From: Bacteroidales bacterium
GTDB lineage: Bacteria; Bacteroidota; Bacteroidia; Bacteroidales; UBA932
Reading direction: 5' to 3'
Assembly (NCBI GenBank): GCA_009784635.1
Contig: WRBG01000001.1
Coordinates: 1-37,437, forward strand
Length of the DNA stretch: 37,437 nt
Position numbers and translations under genes: made by a program. The notes beneath the pieces are model-generated. The model made no database searches, had not been told where the DNA came from, and was given only the letters and a program-made list of their open reading frames with translations. Positions 35,950-37,437 of this stretch are shown piece after piece (position 1 is the first letter of the stretch; every line of letters begins with the position of its first letter).

Positions 35950-37235
35950 AACATAATTACTCCAAATTGAGAGGAAAACACTATAGTACTGCTAATACTA
36001 TTATAGTCACTGTACATTATAAGCCCTTTACGCAGCATTATACGTGCATATCGCTGAATATGAAGGTGTAGATTTTTTTGTAACTGTTCCGTTTTGAGCA
36101 AGAGCGCTTCATAAAAATGCTTTGGGCGTGGGATGATATAAGTAAGTACCAAACTTTCGGTCAGAGAAAGTTCGGAATATGGCTTGCCAAAGTAAAGCAG
36201 GCTGGCATGATGCAGTCCATATACATTGGGGGCAAACTCAATCAAGTTCAAATACAATTCTAAAATATCTTCTTTTTCTATCTTGAAATAGTTCTCTATC
36301 AACAACGCAATCACACACTCTTCCACCTTGCGAAGTATGTTCTTATCATGGTTAAGAAAAAGATTTCGTACCAATTGCATAGTGATGGTGCTGGCGCCTC
36401 TCTCGAATTTCATGCTGTTGAAGTTGGCCAATAAAGCAAGGTCGATGCCATAAAGATCTATTCCTTTATGAATCCCAAAATTGGGGTCTTCCGTACATAT
36501 TACGGCATTGGCTACATGCTCCGGAATCGTTTTGTAGGGAATATAGCCTTCAGCTGTAAAATAGCTGCCGCCGTGTTTGGCAAAGAGGGTATTGAGTAGA
36601 AATTGCTTGTCAACTTGGACACTATTTTCGTGGGTTAGCTCAAAGTCATCCGCTTTTATGGAAGCATTAAACCAAACCGGCTGCGCACTATTTTTAGCGT
36701 AAGCAAGGATAGCATTGATTAGCAGGGGAATATCCGAATAGAAATTTTGGAGATGGCTAAATATCAAGTTATCACCCATGATAGAAATGTATTTGTCCCA
36801 ATTTAAACTTAACTCAGAAAATACTTTTATTTGTCCGGCCTTTCGCTGAGTTTGTACTATTAACATTATTTCGTTGGCTTCAATATGGATAGTTGCATTT
36901 TTTCTATTGACTCCGAGGGTAATAAGAATATCCGATAATGCAAACTTCTTTTTAGCAATAATTTCCCAATTTGTGCTAAAGTGCTCAACCATAATCTCTC
37001 CTACCAACCAGCCCCCGGTTATGCTTTGCCATAAAGACAACTTGAAGATTATACGTTCTACGCGGACTATCTCTTTCTGTTCACGGCTGGTTATAACCAC
37101 ATTACTTAACAGCAACTTTCTAAGACCAAGCAGACGTACTGTTTGAACGGAAACGGAAAGCCCAAACCTGCCTAATAGTCGTGTAGACAATGATTGAATA
37201 CGTGAGGAGATTTTATGTTCGAGGTAACACTTCAT
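35946..37235 (-). CDS. Atypical GT51 (peptidoglycan glycosyltransferase) domain protein with an unknown ~230-aa N-terminal domain
   Basis: 429 aa. From about residue 233: IPEHVANAVICTEDPNFGIHKGID (EDxxFxxHxG), RGASTITMQLVRNLFL (GGSTITQQ) and RKVEECVIALLIENYFKIEKEDILELYLNLIEF (RKxxE...ILE.YLN). Both GT51 catalytic Glu positions appear present. The N-terminal region has no motif I recognise and no clear TM anchor. A 4-nt ATGA overlap with the downstream gene. Confidence 0.65.
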   Translation of the reverse strand: MKCYLEHKISSRIQSLSTRLLGRFGLSVSVQTVRLLGLRKLLLSNVVITSREQKEIVRVERIIFKLSLWQSITGGWLVGEIMVEHFSTNWEIIAKKKFALSDILITLGVNRKNATIHIEANEIMLIVQTQRKAGQIKVFSELSLNWDKYISIMGDNLIFSHLQNFYSDIPLLINAILAYAKNSAQPVWFNASIKADDFELTHENSVQVDKQFLLNTLFAKHGGSYFTAEGYIPYKTIPEHVANAVICTEDPNFGIHKGIDLYGIDLALLANFNSMKFERGASTITMQLVRNLFLNHDKNILRKVEECVIALLIENYFKIEKEDILELYLNLIEFAPNVYGLHHASLLYFGKPYSELSLTESLVLTYIIPRPKHFYEALLLKTEQLQKNLHLHIQRYARIMLRKGLIMYSDYNSISSTIVFSSQFGVIML

Positions 37236-37250
37236 TTTTCCATGCCGCTA

Positions 37251-37437
37251 TTACTCTTTACTCTCCCGCGCCTTTTTAGACTTGTAATGTTTTAGCAAAA
37301 AGTCATATACCACCGCCTCGTGCATACGTTGTTTGCTGCGGAACCAGCGGTTCATCATCATGTGGGTGTAGCTCGATAACAGGGCATTGAGCTTTTCGCC
37401 TTTTTCTACATGCTCCATGATTTGACCGGCAATCGGC
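37251..37437 (-). CDS. 3' end of an unidentified CDS entering from the right edge
   Basis: Hand translation of the minus strand in the frame ending at TAA (37253-37251) gives PIAGQIMEHVEKGEKLNALLSSYTHMMMNRWFRSKQRMHEAVVYDFLLKHYKSKKARESKE with no internal stop. It is absent from the track only because the remaining Met-initiated part is under 60 aa. It lies 15 nt upstream of the GT51 gene. Confidence 0.4.
   Translation of the reverse strand, partial: PIAGQIMEHVEKGEKLNALLSSYTHMMMNRWFRSKQRMHEAVVYDFLLKHYKSKKARESKE

Noticed and set aside
36874-37146. 90-aa plus-strand ORF (TTG start) and the 93-aa ORF at 34028-34309, considered as hidden precursor or immunity genes in the island
   Set aside because: Both are antisense to long, motif-bearing ORFs in AT-rich DNA. 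They have non-ATG or context-free starts, no GG-leader-like sequence, and no convincing TM pattern for an immunity protein.
33701-37235. Interpretation as a prophage lysis cassette (M15 endolysin plus transglycosylase)
   Set aside because: The transglycosylase motifs are GT51 (synthetic glycosyltransferase), not SLT/lytic transglycosylase. No holin, spanin, structural, integrase or terminase genes are in view, and the genes are coupled to an ABC/HlyD exporter.
1-37437. Search by eye for CRISPR arrays, IS elements or transposases, integrases, rRNA genes, and toxin-antitoxin or known defence genes
   Set aside because: No spaced direct repeats, terminal inverted repeats, or recombinase or transposase motifs were seen. 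Every long ORF is accounted for by the calls above. A computational repeat scan would be needed to exclude short degenerate elements.

Overview
This is a Bacteroidota-type chromosomal window, probably Bacteroidales. That assignment is an inference from the EF-Tu sequence, the gene order, TAnnTTTG-type promoter boxes and the absence of Shine-Dalgarno motifs. Bases 1-30.0 kb are tightly packed housekeeping genes. On the plus strand they run aroK, lysS, a TrmH-family methyltransferase, aroE, ssb, purA, dxs and a CPA2 antiporter, with recJ on the minus strand. Next comes the classical tRNA-Thr/Tyr/Gly/Thr-tuf-tRNA-Trp-secE-nusG-rplKAJL-rpoBC block and a thioredoxin-fold lipoprotein. A convergent minus-strand korA-korB-gdhA cluster follows. 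I saw no CRISPR array, transposase, integrase or rRNA. The accessory part is the last 7.3 kb (30.17-37.44 kb, minus strand), an apparently co-transcribed gene string that runs off the right edge. It contains a partial ORF, an atypical GT51 transglycosylase-domain protein with a ~230-aa unknown N-terminal domain, and an M15 zinc peptidase fused to a LanC-like repeat domain. These are followed by a beta4GalT-like GT-A glycosyltransferase, a C39-peptidase ABC exporter and an HlyD-type adaptor. The three enzyme genes look clearly more AT-rich than the exporter and the core genome. None of them shows a signal peptide, and no double-glycine precursor peptide or lanthipeptide dehydratase is visible. 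I do not recognise this combination from any characterised bacteriocin or RiPP class, so it is the best candidate for an undescribed system. All domain calls come from motifs read by eye and need HMM and structure confirmation.
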